Source: Hypanus sabinus
Lineage: Eukaryota
Length of the DNA stretch: 64,000 nt
Assembly (NCBI RefSeq): GCF_030144855.1
Contig: NC_082712.1
Location: 27,156,001-27,220,000, forward strand
Direction of reading: 5' to 3'
The position numbers were made by a program, and so were the translations under genes. Below, in pieces: positions 49,930-61,529 of the stretch. The notes under the pieces are model-generated. The model was not told where the DNA came from, did no database searches, and saw only the letters and a program-made list of their open reading frames with translations. Position 1 is the stretch's first letter. Each line of letters opens with the position of its first letter.

Positions 49930-50755
49930 GATAGATATTGAGATGTGTCTATGAGTGAGAATATCACAAACAAAGGAATCTAGCCACAGAATAAGGGACT
50001 GATCATTTAACATTTAAATGTGTAGACATTTCTTCTCTCAGTGGTTAGTGAATCTCTGGAATTCACTACCCACAGAGTAATGGAGGCCAAATCATTGGAT
50101 AAATTTAAGTTAGAGGTAGATAAATCTTTGAAAGACAAGGAATGGAGGGTTACAGGGAAATGGTACAGAGGCTGAGGCTAACATAAATTGACTATGATTG
50201 TATGGTTGTGGATTCAGCCCAGTACATCACGGATAAAACCTTTCCTACTATTGAGCACATCAACATGAAACATTGCCATTGAAAAGCAGCGTCCATCACC
50301 AAAGATCCTCACCACCCAGGCCATGCTCTTTTCTCACTGCTGCCATCAGGTAGAAGGTATAGGTGCCACAGTAGATGCACCACCAGGTTCAAGAACAGAT
50401 ATTACTCCTCAACCATCAGGCTTTTGACCAAAAGGGGAGAGTTATGCTCATTTAAGGACACGTTTAAGGGCTCTGTTACATTTTTATATTGATGGGTGTT
50501 ATGTTATTATTTCAAGCTCGTTATTTCCTATTTTTCATTTATATCTGCATTTGCACAGTTTGTTTACAGTTCCTGATGTTTATAGTTACTATTCTATAGA
50601 TTTGCTAAGTATGCCCACAGAAAAAGAATCTCAAGATTGTATGTGGTGACGTGGATGTATTCTGAAAATAAACTTTAGTTAGAACTTTGGAATGGTAGGG
50701 TAGGCTTGAGAAGTCTGCTGATTGACTCTCACTCCTACTTTCTCACCTCCTTGTG
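49930..50755 (+). mobile_element. CR1 3' end interrupted by a Rex1/Babar 3' fragment (50200-50690)
   Basis: CR1 FSQ.VVNLWN coding precedes AQYIT..KAASITKDPHHPGHALFSLLPSGRRY coding. The CR1 3' UTR resumes after AATAAACTTTAGTTAGAACTTTG. Confidence 0.8.
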
Positions 50756-51940
50756 TACCATGGTACTTTGCTTTGATTAATGTTGACTACTTTACTTCAA
50801 TCAACGCACTGAAACTGGCATCATAAAACTATCTCCACACTTTATAACTACTTTGCTGCAGTATGTGTACTTCCACCTTCGCAGTTAATGTTTCCTCCCA
50901 CATTTCAGACCTCCTACACACCTGTACTCTTCCCCGTCATTCTAAGCAACACACTGGAGGAACTCAGCAAGTCAGGCAGCATCTATGAAAATGAGATCTC
51001 CTTCAGGACTAGAAAGGAAGGGGGAATACCTCATCCTATCTGATCTCCTCATTCTTCCTCATCTTCCTCTCACATCTGATATCCTCAATACCCCCTCCCA
51101 TCAATCACTTCAGCAATTCATTTGTTCTGGTTTGAATATGCAGGGCTGGAGTCCAAAACAGAAGGTAGAATTTTTTTCTCTCTGTTAGTAGTAAGGATTT
51201 TAAGCATGGTGATCCAGGTTTGAAATGAGTGAGTGAATCCCAGATAAAATAAGACCAAGTAAACGTTTAAAATTAACCAGAATGCAAAGCAACTAAATTT
51301 GAAAAAAAAAATGGCTGATTACAGCTTCTAATGGATAGGCAGGTGCAGTTACAGGTAAATGGCAGATAACAATAGCAAGCTCTTCTAACAGCTGAGCCTG
51401 GATGATTAGAACAAGTGAGGTCCACTGAATATGTCATTGGACCTTTTAATTATGATAGACTATCTTTAGCAATAAGCAGTCGAAGACAGCCAAGCACAAC
51501 AGACATATCAAATGTGTGGGACTGACACATGTATAAGTTGTGCTGTCATCCTTCTCAGATAAAATGCCAATTATTCCATTATTTTACAGTTCCATGGAAA
51601 ATGTATCCTTTACCGATTTAGCAAATCCCATAATACTGACATGTTAGTACTATGGCTGTGTGCAGAAAGTTGATGTACAAATGACTTGTCAAAGTCAGAC
51701 CCAGCACAATTGGTTGCCTTACGGTCATTTCTGCTCAGTGCATATCAGCAGAGTGAGACATTGTTCAAGTTAGTAATTTATTGGCAGATAAAATAAAGTT
51801 ACCTCAATATCTCCAAACTTCAGTAGGACAGAGAACCAGCATACTGGAGTCATCCCCACTTTTGCCGTTTCCCACTTCCTAATGCCATATTCTCAGAAAC
51901 TACTGATAATCAGTGATTATTGTACAATTCGTATTTTGGG

Positions 51941-52255
51941 AGCACAAAAAGATTCTGCAGATGCTGGAAATCCAGAGCAACATACACAAAATGCCAGAGG
52001 AAGCGAGTCAGGCAGCATCTATGGAGAGGAAGAAACAGCCAATGTTTTGGGCTGAGACACTTCCCAGAAGTGGAAAGGTGGCAGAAAGGAGTGAGAATAA
52101 GGTGGGGATAGGGGAAAGCATACAAGCTGGCAGGTGATCGGTGAAATCAGGGTGGAGGTAGGTGGATAGGGGTGAGGACAGTGAACTTTGGAGAAAAGGA
52201 AGGATGGGCACCAGAGGGAGCTGATGGAAAGTGAAGTGAAAGGAAGGGGTATGAT
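51941..52255 (-). mobile_element. Penelope-derived 3' fragment
   Basis: Family 3' end plus purine-rich tract. 10 bp TSD GTATTTTGGG at 51931-51940 and 52256-52265. Confidence 0.85.
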
Positions 52256-53169
52256 GTATTTTGGGTCAACTTTTGTGCCGCCATGCACTGCGGTGATGTA
52301 CTTAGATCATTTGTTTCAGTGGTGACGGTACTTTTGCACCTTTCATTAACTAGTAGCTAGGTCTGGAGTGCATTAGGTGGTCCTGTGCAATTGTACTTGG
52401 GGGTTACCCTTTCAGGACACATGCAGTGTGAGCACTGTAATGATTCAAGATCGAGCAGGAAAGTTGTAATATCTTTATGCCAGAGTCTGTTGGCTCAACC
52501 CTAGATGTTCCAGGAACATGTGCAGAAGCTGAATTTATTAACAAACCCCATAATCCTGGATCTTTCAAACACATGTCATGAACTAATCTGTGCTTCATCT
52601 TCATTATAAACGATGGACAGTCAGTCGTTAGAGAATCACCAATCTGACCTCCTTAACCTATTGGGATCTTCCAGAAAGTCGGAGAAATCAGCTGTACATA
52701 ACTACACAGATCATGTCACACCTGCATTGCCAGCTGGAACTAACAGTACTATCCACCTCCCAAAGGACAGCCTGCAGCAACACGTCAGTGCCTGCAATTT
52801 CTTTGAATACTAGTGCAGCTCATCAATTGAAACAACACAGATCAATGCAGTGCGACAACCTGTGTCTCTGGTGATAGGTTCCAATTGTTTGTAAGCAGAA
52901 TTGCTGCGTTATGTGGGTGAATACTCACTTTCCTAGCAGATGTCACAGAGCCATCAGTTTTAACTCAGGTCAGGAGATCAGGACTTTTCCATCTCAAGAA
53001 GAAAGTTAGAGGGAAATGAACATAATCCACTGTAGCCATCCGAGGTGAAAGTGACTTCCCCATTGAAATAATGAAGGAATAGAGTGGATGTCTGAATCAA
53101 TGGCAGTGATCTGATGTATGGCATGTGGGAAAGTGTGAAGTCAGGAGGCATAAACAAAAGATAATTTTT

Positions 53170-53425
53170 ATTTATTTTATTAATTTATTGATACAGTATG
53201 TTGACAGACCCTTGCAGGCTGACAAACCCACACTGCCCAATTACACCTGTGTGATCAGTAACCAACTAACCCAAATGACTTTGGTATGTGTGAGGAAACT
53301 GGAACACATGGAGGAAACCCCCATGGACATTGGAGAACATGCAAACTCTCTGCAGAGAGCAGTCGAATTGAACCCAGTTTGCTAGCACATTAATCGTGTC
53401 ACGTTAACTACTATGTTACCTTGCT
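53170..53425 (-). mobile_element. tRNA-derived V-domain SINE
   Basis: GAGGAAACTGGAACACATGGAGGAAACCC..GGAGAACATGCAAACTC..GAATTGAACCCAG. Confidence 0.8.
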
Positions 53426-53580
53426 GCCCTGAAATGATAGAAAATATTGCAAATGAATATCGTGGAGGGGGAATTCAAAGTTCTTGTACATGAGTCACAA
53501 AGCATAGGTAAGATGGTTAATGGTATGTGGACATTTATTGCAAAAGCTTTGGAGTTCAGAAAAGTGGATACTTGTTTTAA

Positions 53581-54082
53581 GGAACAACACCTTATGTTCC
53601 GTCTGGGTAGCCTCCAACCTGATGGCATGAACACTGATTTCTCTAACTTCCATTAATGCTTCTCCTCCCCTTCTTAACCCATCCCTGATTTACCCATTCC
53701 CCCCCTCCTTTTTTCTCTCTCTCTGCCCATCACTCTTTGCCTGTTCTCCATCTCCCTCTGGTGCTCCCCTCCCCCTTTCTTTCTCCCTAGGCCTCCCATC
53801 CCATGATCCTTTCCCTTCTCCAGCTCTGTATTGCTTTAGCCAATCACCTTTCCAGCTCTTAGCTTCACCCCACCCCCTCCTGTCTTCTCCGATCATTTTG
53901 TATTTCCCCCTCCCCCTCCTAATTTCAGATCTCTTACAAACTTTTCTTTCAGGTAGTCCTGACAAAGGGTCTCAGCCTGAACATTGACAGTTCTTCCTAT
54001 AGATGCTGCCTGACCTGCTGCATTCCACCAGCATTTTGTGTGTGTTGCTTGAATTTCCAGCATCTGCAGATCTCTTCATGTT
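53581..54082 (+). mobile_element. 5'-truncated Penelope-like element (GIY-YIG C-terminus plus pLTR) inserted in an old CR1
   Basis: EQHLMFRLGSLQPDGMNTDFSNF*, a pyrimidine tract, and a degenerate hammerhead at 53955-53990. 12 bp TSD TACTTGTTTTAA at 53569-53580 and 54083-54094. Confidence 0.9.
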
Positions 54083-54229
54083 TACTTGTTTTAATTGTAT
54101 AGGTATCCAGAGTACAGTTAGTTCCCTCCACCTGAGAAAATATCTCATACAATAGCATTGGCAAAGAGATCCACTTGGCTAGCTTGTGGAATAGAGGATT
54201 GTCCTGTTGACAGAGGCTAACAAAATTTG

Positions 54230-54640
54230 GGTCTGTATTCTTTGTGCTTCGAAGAATGAGTTCAGATCGCATTGAACCTTATAAGATCCTAAGGGAATGT
54301 GATAGGGAAGACGTCATGATACTTTCTCTCTTGGAAGAGTCATGAACAAAGAGAACTAGTTGCATAATAAGGGGCTGGTCATTTAAAATGGAGTTGCCTT
54401 GTAATTTCTTCTTGCAGAAGATAGTGAATCTTTGGAATTTTCTACCCCAAAAAGTTGTGGAGTCTAGGTTATCAGAAGTATTTTAAGTAGAAGGAGATAC
54501 ATTTTTTTTAAGATTTTGGTAGAAAGAGCGAAAGGGATCTGACACAGGGAGTTGAGGCTTAGGGCAGATTATATTGAATTGTGTGGCACGTGTGAGAGGC
54601 CAGGTTGCTTTCTCAAGCTCCTATTTTCTCTGCTTCTTGC
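54230..54640 (+). mobile_element. CR1 3' end
   Basis: GATCGCATTGAACCTTATAAGATCCTAAGGG..GTGAATCTTTGGAATTTTCTACCCC. Confidence 0.75.
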
Positions 54641-54780
54641 CTAAAGAAGGCTTATCCAGGAGATGTCCTTATTTTATCCTTTTGTCTTATATGGGACTGA
54701 GTAATTTCAAATCTGGGTTGTTGGGCTTAAATCCTATCACATAGCAGGAAAAAAAAATCTCTCAGCTCTGCTCTTGAACC

Positions 54781-55059
54781 TGTTGTGCATATGTCAGTAA
54801 TATTGGAATAATATTGTAAATATATAGTTTCATTCAACATTCTTTGTTGTTTACATAATTCATTATGTGTAATAAGAAAAAAACATGAATGGCATGCATC
54901 ATTATGCCACAGTGTCATACTGTATGTGTGCATTATTACACCAGCACGTCTTTCACACATGTCTTATGCCTTTCCTAAAAAGACAGACCAAGTAGATGTA
55001 CTCCTGGCTCCATTTTTAACTTTGAATTAGTTTGAAGTTTGGAGTTATAAAACATAACA
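54781..55059 (+). repeat. Gypsy 5' LTR
   Basis: Shares TTGTTGTTTACATAATTCATTATG and flanking sequence with 60363-60645. TG..CA ends. Confidence 0.85.
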
Positions 55060-55214
55060 GTGGTGACAAGATTTAAAATGAACTCACGACAACTACTTAT
55101 CTGTAGAAGTGCAGTGAGAATGCTGAATGAAAAAAGGTAGAAACCAAACATAGTTCACGGGTTCATTAATGATGAGTATCGGGTGGTAATAATTATAAAT
55201 TTAAAGAAGCAGAA

Positions 55215-55980
55215 ATGGCTGTCTGCATCGAAAACATAGACACATTCGATTGCATGGGAGATAACTAGCTTTTGTGTTTTGAGCAAATTGAGCTGTACTT
55301 TGAAGCAAATCAAATAACCAATGAAAAGCAAATGCCAGTTTTGCTGAGTGCATTGGGTGGAAAGGCATGCAATTTGCTTAGCTGTTTGACTGATCCAACC
55401 AAACCAACCAAAATCAGTTTTACTGATGTTGTGAATGTAATGCAGGAACACTTAGAACCAATACCATTATTGATTGCAGAACACGTTAAGTTTTGTAAGT
55501 GGAGTGATATGGAGGGGGAGTCTATTTCATCATACATCACTGGATTAGAGAGTTTATCTCAGCACTGGCAAATAAGTAATGGGCTTAATAATGCACTGAA
55601 AGATCATTTAGTTTTTGGAATCTTTCAAGAAAGCATTCAAAAATGGCTCCCAACTGAAGCACAACTGGCATTTAAAAGATCAGTCAAAATGGCTGCATGA
55701 ATGGAAAGAGCAGATAGAGACACAATTGAGTTGAAGTCAAGAATGAAAGTGAGCAGGAACATCTCAACAGAAGCATCCCTGGTTAAGCAAATTGCATTAA
55801 TGTGGCAGGGGTTCACATATACCTGACCAATGCAGGTTTGAAGGCAAAACTGGCAGAAAATCCAACAAAGTAGGACACGTACAAAGAGCATGTAACCAGA
55901 CAAAAATAAATGGACTGCACAAGGAAGAGAAAAGGATGAAAAAAAAGTCAAGCTGCAGCTTCAAAAAGAGCACTTTTGAC
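55215..55980 (+). pseudogene. Gypsy gag remnant
   Basis: FEQIELYFEANQI..LLSALGGKACNLL..PTKP..QEHLEPIPLLIAEH..EGESISSYI..LKDHLVFG, with degenerate zinc knuckles (CGRGSHIPDQC; KVGHVQRAC). Confidence 0.85.
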
Positions 55981-56137
55981 ATTTACAATGTGAGAACAAA
56001 CAATAGGACAAGCAATATGGCTTACGGTACACCAGAAGTATGTGGTAAAAACAGGAGAGCAAACGTTATGGGGCCATAGAATACGCACACAATGCTGGAA
56101 GGACTCAGCAGGTCAGGCAGCGTCCATGAGAAAAGAG

Positions 56138-56175
56138 TAGCCAACGTTTCGGGCCGAGACCCTTCATCAGGAATG
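56138..56175 (-). ncRNA. Minimal type I hammerhead ribozyme motif
   Basis: Minus strand CATTC-CTGATGA-A-GGGT(CTCG)GCCC-GAAA-CGTT-GGCTA. Intact core, 4 bp helix II, palindromic loop-less helix III (ACGT) and a GUU triplet. Helix I is weak. Confidence 0.8.
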
Positions 56176-56356
56176 GGGGGGAAGAGAGGGCCGAAGCACA
56201 GTAATAGAGATAGGGGAGGGGGTAAGGCCTCGAGGCGCCAGGTGGAAAACCAATCAGAGGAAAGATAAAGGGGGTAGGGGGAGGGGATAAGCATGAAAGA
56301 ACTGTAGAGATAAAGAAGCAGAAAGTTGAAAGGGGAGAGAGGCAGAGAGGGACCTG

Positions 56357-56592
56357 AGATCATTGGGGGACCGCTTCGTCGAGCACCTATGCTCCATCCG
56401 TCACAATAGACAGGACCTCCTAGTTGCCACCCACTTCAACTCTGCCTCTCATTCCCATCTAGATATGTCCATACATGGCCTCCTCTACTGCCATGATGAG
56501 GCCAAACTCAGGTTGGAGGAGCAACACTTCATATACCGTCTGGTTAGCCTCCAGCCAGTGGTATGAAAATTGAATTCTCCAATTTCTGGTAA
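56357..56592 (+). pseudogene. Penelope GIY-YIG endonuclease C-terminal fragment
   Basis: LGDRFVEHLCSIRHN..LVATHFNSASHSHLDMSIHGL..RLEEQHFIYRLVSLQP, with one frameshift before MKIEFSNF. Confidence 0.85.
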
Positions 56593-56805
56593 TTCCCTCC
56601 TCCCCCCTTCCCCTATACCAGGTCCCTCTCTGCCTCTCTCCCCATTCAACTTTCTGCTTCTTTATCTCTACAGTTCTTTCATGCTTATCCCCTCCCGCTA
56701 CCCCCTTTATCTTTCCTCTGATTGGTTTTCCACCTGGCGCCTCTAGGCCCTACCCCCTCCCCTATCTCTATTACTGGGCTTTGGCACTCTCTTCCCCCCC
56801 CCCCC

Positions 56806-56843
56806 CATTCCTGATGAAGGGTCTCGGCCCGAAACATTGGCTA
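56806..56843 (+). ncRNA. Minimal type I hammerhead ribozyme motif
   Basis: CATTC-CTGATGA-A-GGGTCTCGGCCC-GAAA-CATT-GGCTA, identical to the other arm except for a CpG transition in helix III. Confidence 0.75.
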
Positions 56844-56948
56844 CTCTTTTCTCACGGATGCTGCCTGACCTGCTGAGTTCTTCCAGCGTTGTGTACGTAT
56901 TCTTTGATCCACAGCATCTGCAGTTGTATTTTTGTGTTATGGGGCCAT

Positions 56949-59900
56949 GATTGGCAGAGACAAATGCAACTTGCTTGGAGATTTATCCACAGTATGCATG
57001 CCATATCCTCTACAATCGAGTCAAATGAAACTAAATGAAGGAATACACGAGGAAGTCTGCAAATTAAGGAATGTACTAGATGATGCCACAGCAGCATTTG
57101 GGATGGCACTGGAAAACTCAAAGAAATCAAGGGTAAAATAGTGTTAAATGAAAATGCCACACCCAAGTTTTATGATATCTGTCTGGTTCCTTATACCATC
57201 TGTGATAAAGTAGCCATTGAGCTAGATTGCACAGAAGTTGAAGGGATTCTTTGTAAGGTTGAGAAGAGCCTAGGGGTAATGCCAGTGGTCCCAGTAGCCA
57301 GGAAGAATGGGTCTGTCATGCTCTGTGATTATTTTAAGGGCACCATCATTCCAGAACTGAAAGTAGATCAATACCCTCTGCCCTGGATGGAGGACGTCTT
57401 CGCACACCTTTATAGAGGGAAACATTTCAGTGGACTTAGCTGAGATCTGCCTACAGATGGATATGGAAGAAGGGTCCAATGTGTTTCACATCATAAACAT
57501 TAACCAAAGGGCTTTATCATTATAATAGGCTTATTTATGGTGTAGCAAAAAGTTATGGACTAGGTTCTGCAAGGCTGCCCAGACACTCAATGTTAATGTT
57601 AAGGATGACAAGGAGCATCTCCAAAACTCAAGACAGTGTTGAAAAGATTAGAAGATTATGGACTCAGAGCACAATGCAATATGTAAGAGTTCTTTAAACC
57701 AAGCATCACTTATTGTGGTCATATCATAGACACACAAGAATTACACAAGTGTCCTGAGAAAGTTCAAGCAGTTGTAGATGCCCCAAGGCCGGAGGACACA
57801 ACACAGTCGCAGTCCTCTTTAGGATTTGTCAGTCACCATAATAGAGTAATAGAAATATACTATAATAGAGTAACAAAGTAGAGAGAGTACAGAGAAGATT
57901 TACAAGAATGTTATCTGGGTTTCATCATCTAAGTTACAGGGAAAGGTTGAACAAGTTAGGTCTTTATTCTTTGGAGCGTAGAAGGTTGAGGGGAGACTAA
58001 ATAGAGGTATTTAAAATTATGAGGGGGATAGATAGAATTGACATGGATAGGCTTTTTCCATTGAGAGCAGGGGAGATTCAAACAAGAGGACATGTGTTGA
58101 GAGTTGGGAGCAAAAGTTTAAGGGTAACACGAGGGGGAATTTCTTTACTCAGAGAGTGGTAGCTGTGTGGAATGAGCTTCCAGTAGAAGTGGTAGAGGCA
58201 GGTTTAAAGTAAAATTGGATAGGTATATGGACAGGAAAGGAATAGAGGGTTATGGGCTGCGTGCGGGCCAGTGGGACCAGGTGGGAGTAAGCGTTTGGCA
58301 CAGACTAGAAGGGCCGAGATGGCCTGTTTCCATGGTGTAATTGTTATATGGTTATAAGAGATTCCTGCCAAACCTGTGCTCCACCTCTTGAACTCATTAC
58401 TAAAGATCGGGAAGAAATGCCAATGGACAAAACAGTGTGAGATGGCTTTCCAAAAGGGAATGGAGATGGTGAAATCAGACATGTTCACTGAAGCTTGCCT
58501 GTGACATCTCACCTTATGGTTTAGGTGAACTCATGTCACTTGATATGAGTAAAGGATGTGAATGCTTCATAGCCTTTGCATCATGTTCCTCTACACTGCA
58601 GAAAAAATATTGCACAGTTTTACAGAGTCTGGTTTGGGGTGTAAAACATTTGAACCAGTACTGGTATGGGAGAATTTTACCCTTATTATACATCATCAAC
58701 CATTAGTGTCCATATTCAAGCTGCAGAAGGGTGTTTCACTAACAGAAGAGGCATGAATGCAGAGGTAGGCTCTGTTTCACAGTGGTCACAATTACAAGAT
58801 CAAATTCAAGTGGATGACTAATCATGGAAATGTTAATGGATTGTCTCATTTATCTTTGAAAAAGGAAATACCTGAAAAAATTACAGAAGAGGACACCCCT
58901 CTCGATGTATTCTCCCTAAAGCAAATCAAATGAGTCCACATTACGGCAGATATGATCCAAGTGAATCCAGAAAAGACCCCACACATGGCCACCCAAAATG
59001 GCTGGAATATGCAACAGAAGTTCCAATTCCCCCATTTTTACCAGCAGCTGAATGAACTTTCTCTTGACAGAGGTTATGATTTGTGGGGATTGAAAATCTT
59101 TGTACCATCCAAGCTGAGAGTTAAAGGTTTGGAGGAGCAAATACCAGTCATCTAGACATAGTCAAAATGTAAGTGTTGGCTTGAAGCTTTGTCTCATGGC
59201 CTGGGATTAATCAGCAGATTGAGCAGGTTACCATGTACTGTTTGGATGCCAAAATGTCCTGAAAATGCCAAGAGCAGTTCCTCTCCATTCCTACATTGCC
59301 CTAGCAGAGAATTCATGTAGATTATACCAGACCATTCAAGGGCACAAATTTCTTGGTAGTAGTAAATGCAGGTAGAAAATGGCCAGAAATGTTCCCAATA
59401 GTTTCCGCTGCAGCCTCACACACAGGTGATGTGCTACGAATCCTCTTCTCAAGGACTGGTGTTCCAGAGCACTTGGTCTGTGACAACAGGCCACAGTTTA
59501 TTGCAGAACAGTTTCAGTTATCCTGAAAATGTATGGAATAAGAAATATTACATCTGCATTGTAGCACTCAGCTACAAAGCGCTTGACAGAAAGATGATTT
59601 CATATTCTAAAGAGTGCATTTTGTGCCATGTCAGCAGGACACACTGCACTGACACTGAAACTCTCCTACTTCCTCCTTGCATTTTGCAATACAACACAAT
59701 CCACACCCAACAGCTCACCAGTAATACTGTTCCTGGGTTGTCCACGCATTCATTCTTGTACCTCTTTGTTCCCAATCTCAGAAAGAGTGTGCAGGTCAAA
59801 TGGCTGGGTTAAGTTGAAGGCTTCTCGAACAAGGGGGTTCGATGATTCGCTGCTGGACAGGCAGTTGTGACGAGGGACTACTGAGGTGATCAAAAGTCTT

Positions 59901-60000
59901 ACTTGGAAAGGTTAAGGATAGAATTGGACCACTCACTTACAAGGTGGAGATTGCATCTGATGTTATCTGGAGAGGATGCATTGATCAGTTGAGGAGAGCA
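56949..60000 (+). pseudogene. Gypsy pol remnant (end of protease, RT, RNase H, integrase), interrupted by CR1
   Basis: PVVPVARKNGSVMLCDYFKGTI..VDQYPLPWMEDVFAHL (RT); NFTLIIHHQPLVSIF (RNase H); WPG.NQQIE, RIHVD..GPF, FLVVVNA..KWPE and LVCDNRPQF-like (integrase). Many stops and frameshifts. Confidence 0.85.
57865..58353 (+). mobile_element. Young CR1 3' fragment nested in Gypsy pol
   Basis: Closely similar to the reverse complement of 26003-26500, with the same TTATATGGTT tail. Confidence 0.92.
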
Positions 60001-60362
60001 GAGTCAATTGTTAGAAAAGAGAAGCACGTAGAGCTGTCAGAGCCACTTCCTGAAGTCCTGGTGTTAACTCCTGCAAGCACCATGAAGAAAGCCCCAGAAC
60101 CTGAGATTGTTTCACAACCACCAGTCTCACCTGCCAAGCAAATATGTGGCAGACTCTCCTTCTCAGCAAATATGTTATCCAACAAGAAAAAGACATCCTC
60201 CACAGGGATTAACTCCTCAGATCTGAATAGGACAATTTCAAATTTACTCTGCTGCAGATGTCCATGTACAGTAGTTGTATACTACAGTGTACTAAATATA
60301 TATAAAAGTTGAGATGCATTTTATATTGATTGAGTTGGAGTTTATAGCTAAGCAGGAAGGAA

Positions 60363-60645
60363 CATTAAGTATTTAATATTAAAGCAATATTTGAATAATA
60401 TTCTAAATATATTGCTTGATTAAGCATTCATTGTTGTTTACATAATTCATTATGAGTTATAAATAAAAGTATGTGAATGGCATATGTCATTATACCACCA
60501 GGTCATCCAGTACTGTGCAAACGTTGCAGACACCCAAGCTATATACTGATTTGTGCCTAAGATTTTTGCACAGTACTGTATGTGTCCATAATTGCGCCAC
60601 CACATCAAATGTGCACTCCTCATCTGAAAAGAGTTAGAAAGACAG
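60363..60645 (+). repeat. Gypsy 3' LTR (3' end lost), contains MITE
   Basis: Follows the PPT and is homologous to 54781-54985. Confidence 0.8.
60508..60578. mobile_element. 71 bp Tc1/mariner-like MITE
   Basis: Perfect 14 bp TIRs CAGTACTGTGCAAA / TTTGCACAGTACTG. Flanks are TC and TA. Confidence 0.85.
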
Positions 60646-61529
60646 AATTTTCCTGTTGCCTCATAAGACTTTTGTAGTGAAGTTTCAGTCTTAACCAGGC
60701 TGGCTGCTGCTGCTGCCTGTATTCTGACCAGACACTATGAACCTGACACATATTTCTCCACTATTCTTTCCACAGATGCAGCCTGACCATTTCCAGCATT
60801 TTCTTCATTATTTATGTAAAATTCGCCATTGTTCCTTAAAGGCATTAAAATATGTCTTGAAAAAGTTGAGTTTTTTTTTCAGTAAAGCATACTTCAACTA
60901 ATGAGGAAATATTTTCCAAATAACTGCATCATAATTTTCACGCCTAAGAAATTTGATGACATGGCCCACATTGCCAAATGAGCTCCCTGACACAAAAAAG
61001 AAGTCTCAGGTGACAGGGTGCACAGAGAAATCTGCTGAAATTTGTGGTTAACTCTAATCTTGGAAGTGTGAGGAGCAGTGAGAAGATAACTAATGGAGTG
61101 TCAGGACACAGAGAAAGGCTAATAACATGAGAGGACAGAAGTCAGAAAAAATATTCATTAAGAAAAGTGTGAAAGAATTAATGTTGGCAGATGAAAACAC
61201 ATGGGGAAAATATATGCTAAATGGGACAGTTTTATAAGTCTGATATATTTGAGCATAAATATTTGAAACAGGATGAGTTAAGTGAGTAGTTAGGAAAAAT
61301 ATGTGCCCTTCATAAGAAGGGCATAAAAACACAAAAAATACTTAAAACATGTTTTTTTAAGTATTGTTTTGGTCAAAATCTGAGAACTACATCAAATTCA
61401 GGTCAGTAGAAAGAATGCGGACTGGTCATAGTGATGGTGCAGAGGAGTTTCAGTGGAAGTGTACTAATTTTGATTAATTATGGTTATATGGTTAAATTGG
61501 AGAAGCTGGAGTCAAATAAAGTTCAGAAC

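Larger units (their letters stand above)
56078..56935 (+). mobile_element. Penelope-like element with inverted pLTR arms, nested in the Gypsy protease
   Basis: Arms at 56078-56356 and 56619-56903 are inverted. The central ORF is a GIY-YIG C-terminus. 13 bp TSD GTTATGGGGCCAT at 56065-56077 and 56936-56948. Confidence 0.93.
54781..60645 (+). mobile_element. Decayed Gypsy (Ty3/Gypsy) LTR retrotransposon
   Basis: 5' LTR 54781-55059 (TGTT..AACA), PBS-like TGGTGACAAG at 55061, then gag-protease-RT-RNaseH-integrase remnants in Gypsy order. PPT AAGCAGGAAGGAA at 60350-60362. 3' LTR from 60363, with homology lost near 60645. Confidence 0.92.

Noticed and set aside
53447-53656. CR1-Penelope fusion ORF as a chimeric gene
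   Set aside because: A chance in-frame join across the TSD of a truncated Penelope insertion, only 69 aa.
56205-56290. G-quadruplex as a separate functional element
   Set aside because: The G-runs are simply the complement of the family's pyrimidine-rich pLTR tract, with no locus-specific evidence.
56078-56935. DNA transposon with long TIRs
   Set aside because: The interior is Penelope GIY-YIG coding, the arms are the pLTR found singly elsewhere, and the right end extends ~32 nt past the inverted repeat.
59944-60312. env-like or extra ORF in the Gypsy element
   Set aside because: It reads as the integrase C-terminal tail (IWRGCIDQLR, typical of W.RH.DQLR) plus a low-complexity extension, with no signal peptide evident.
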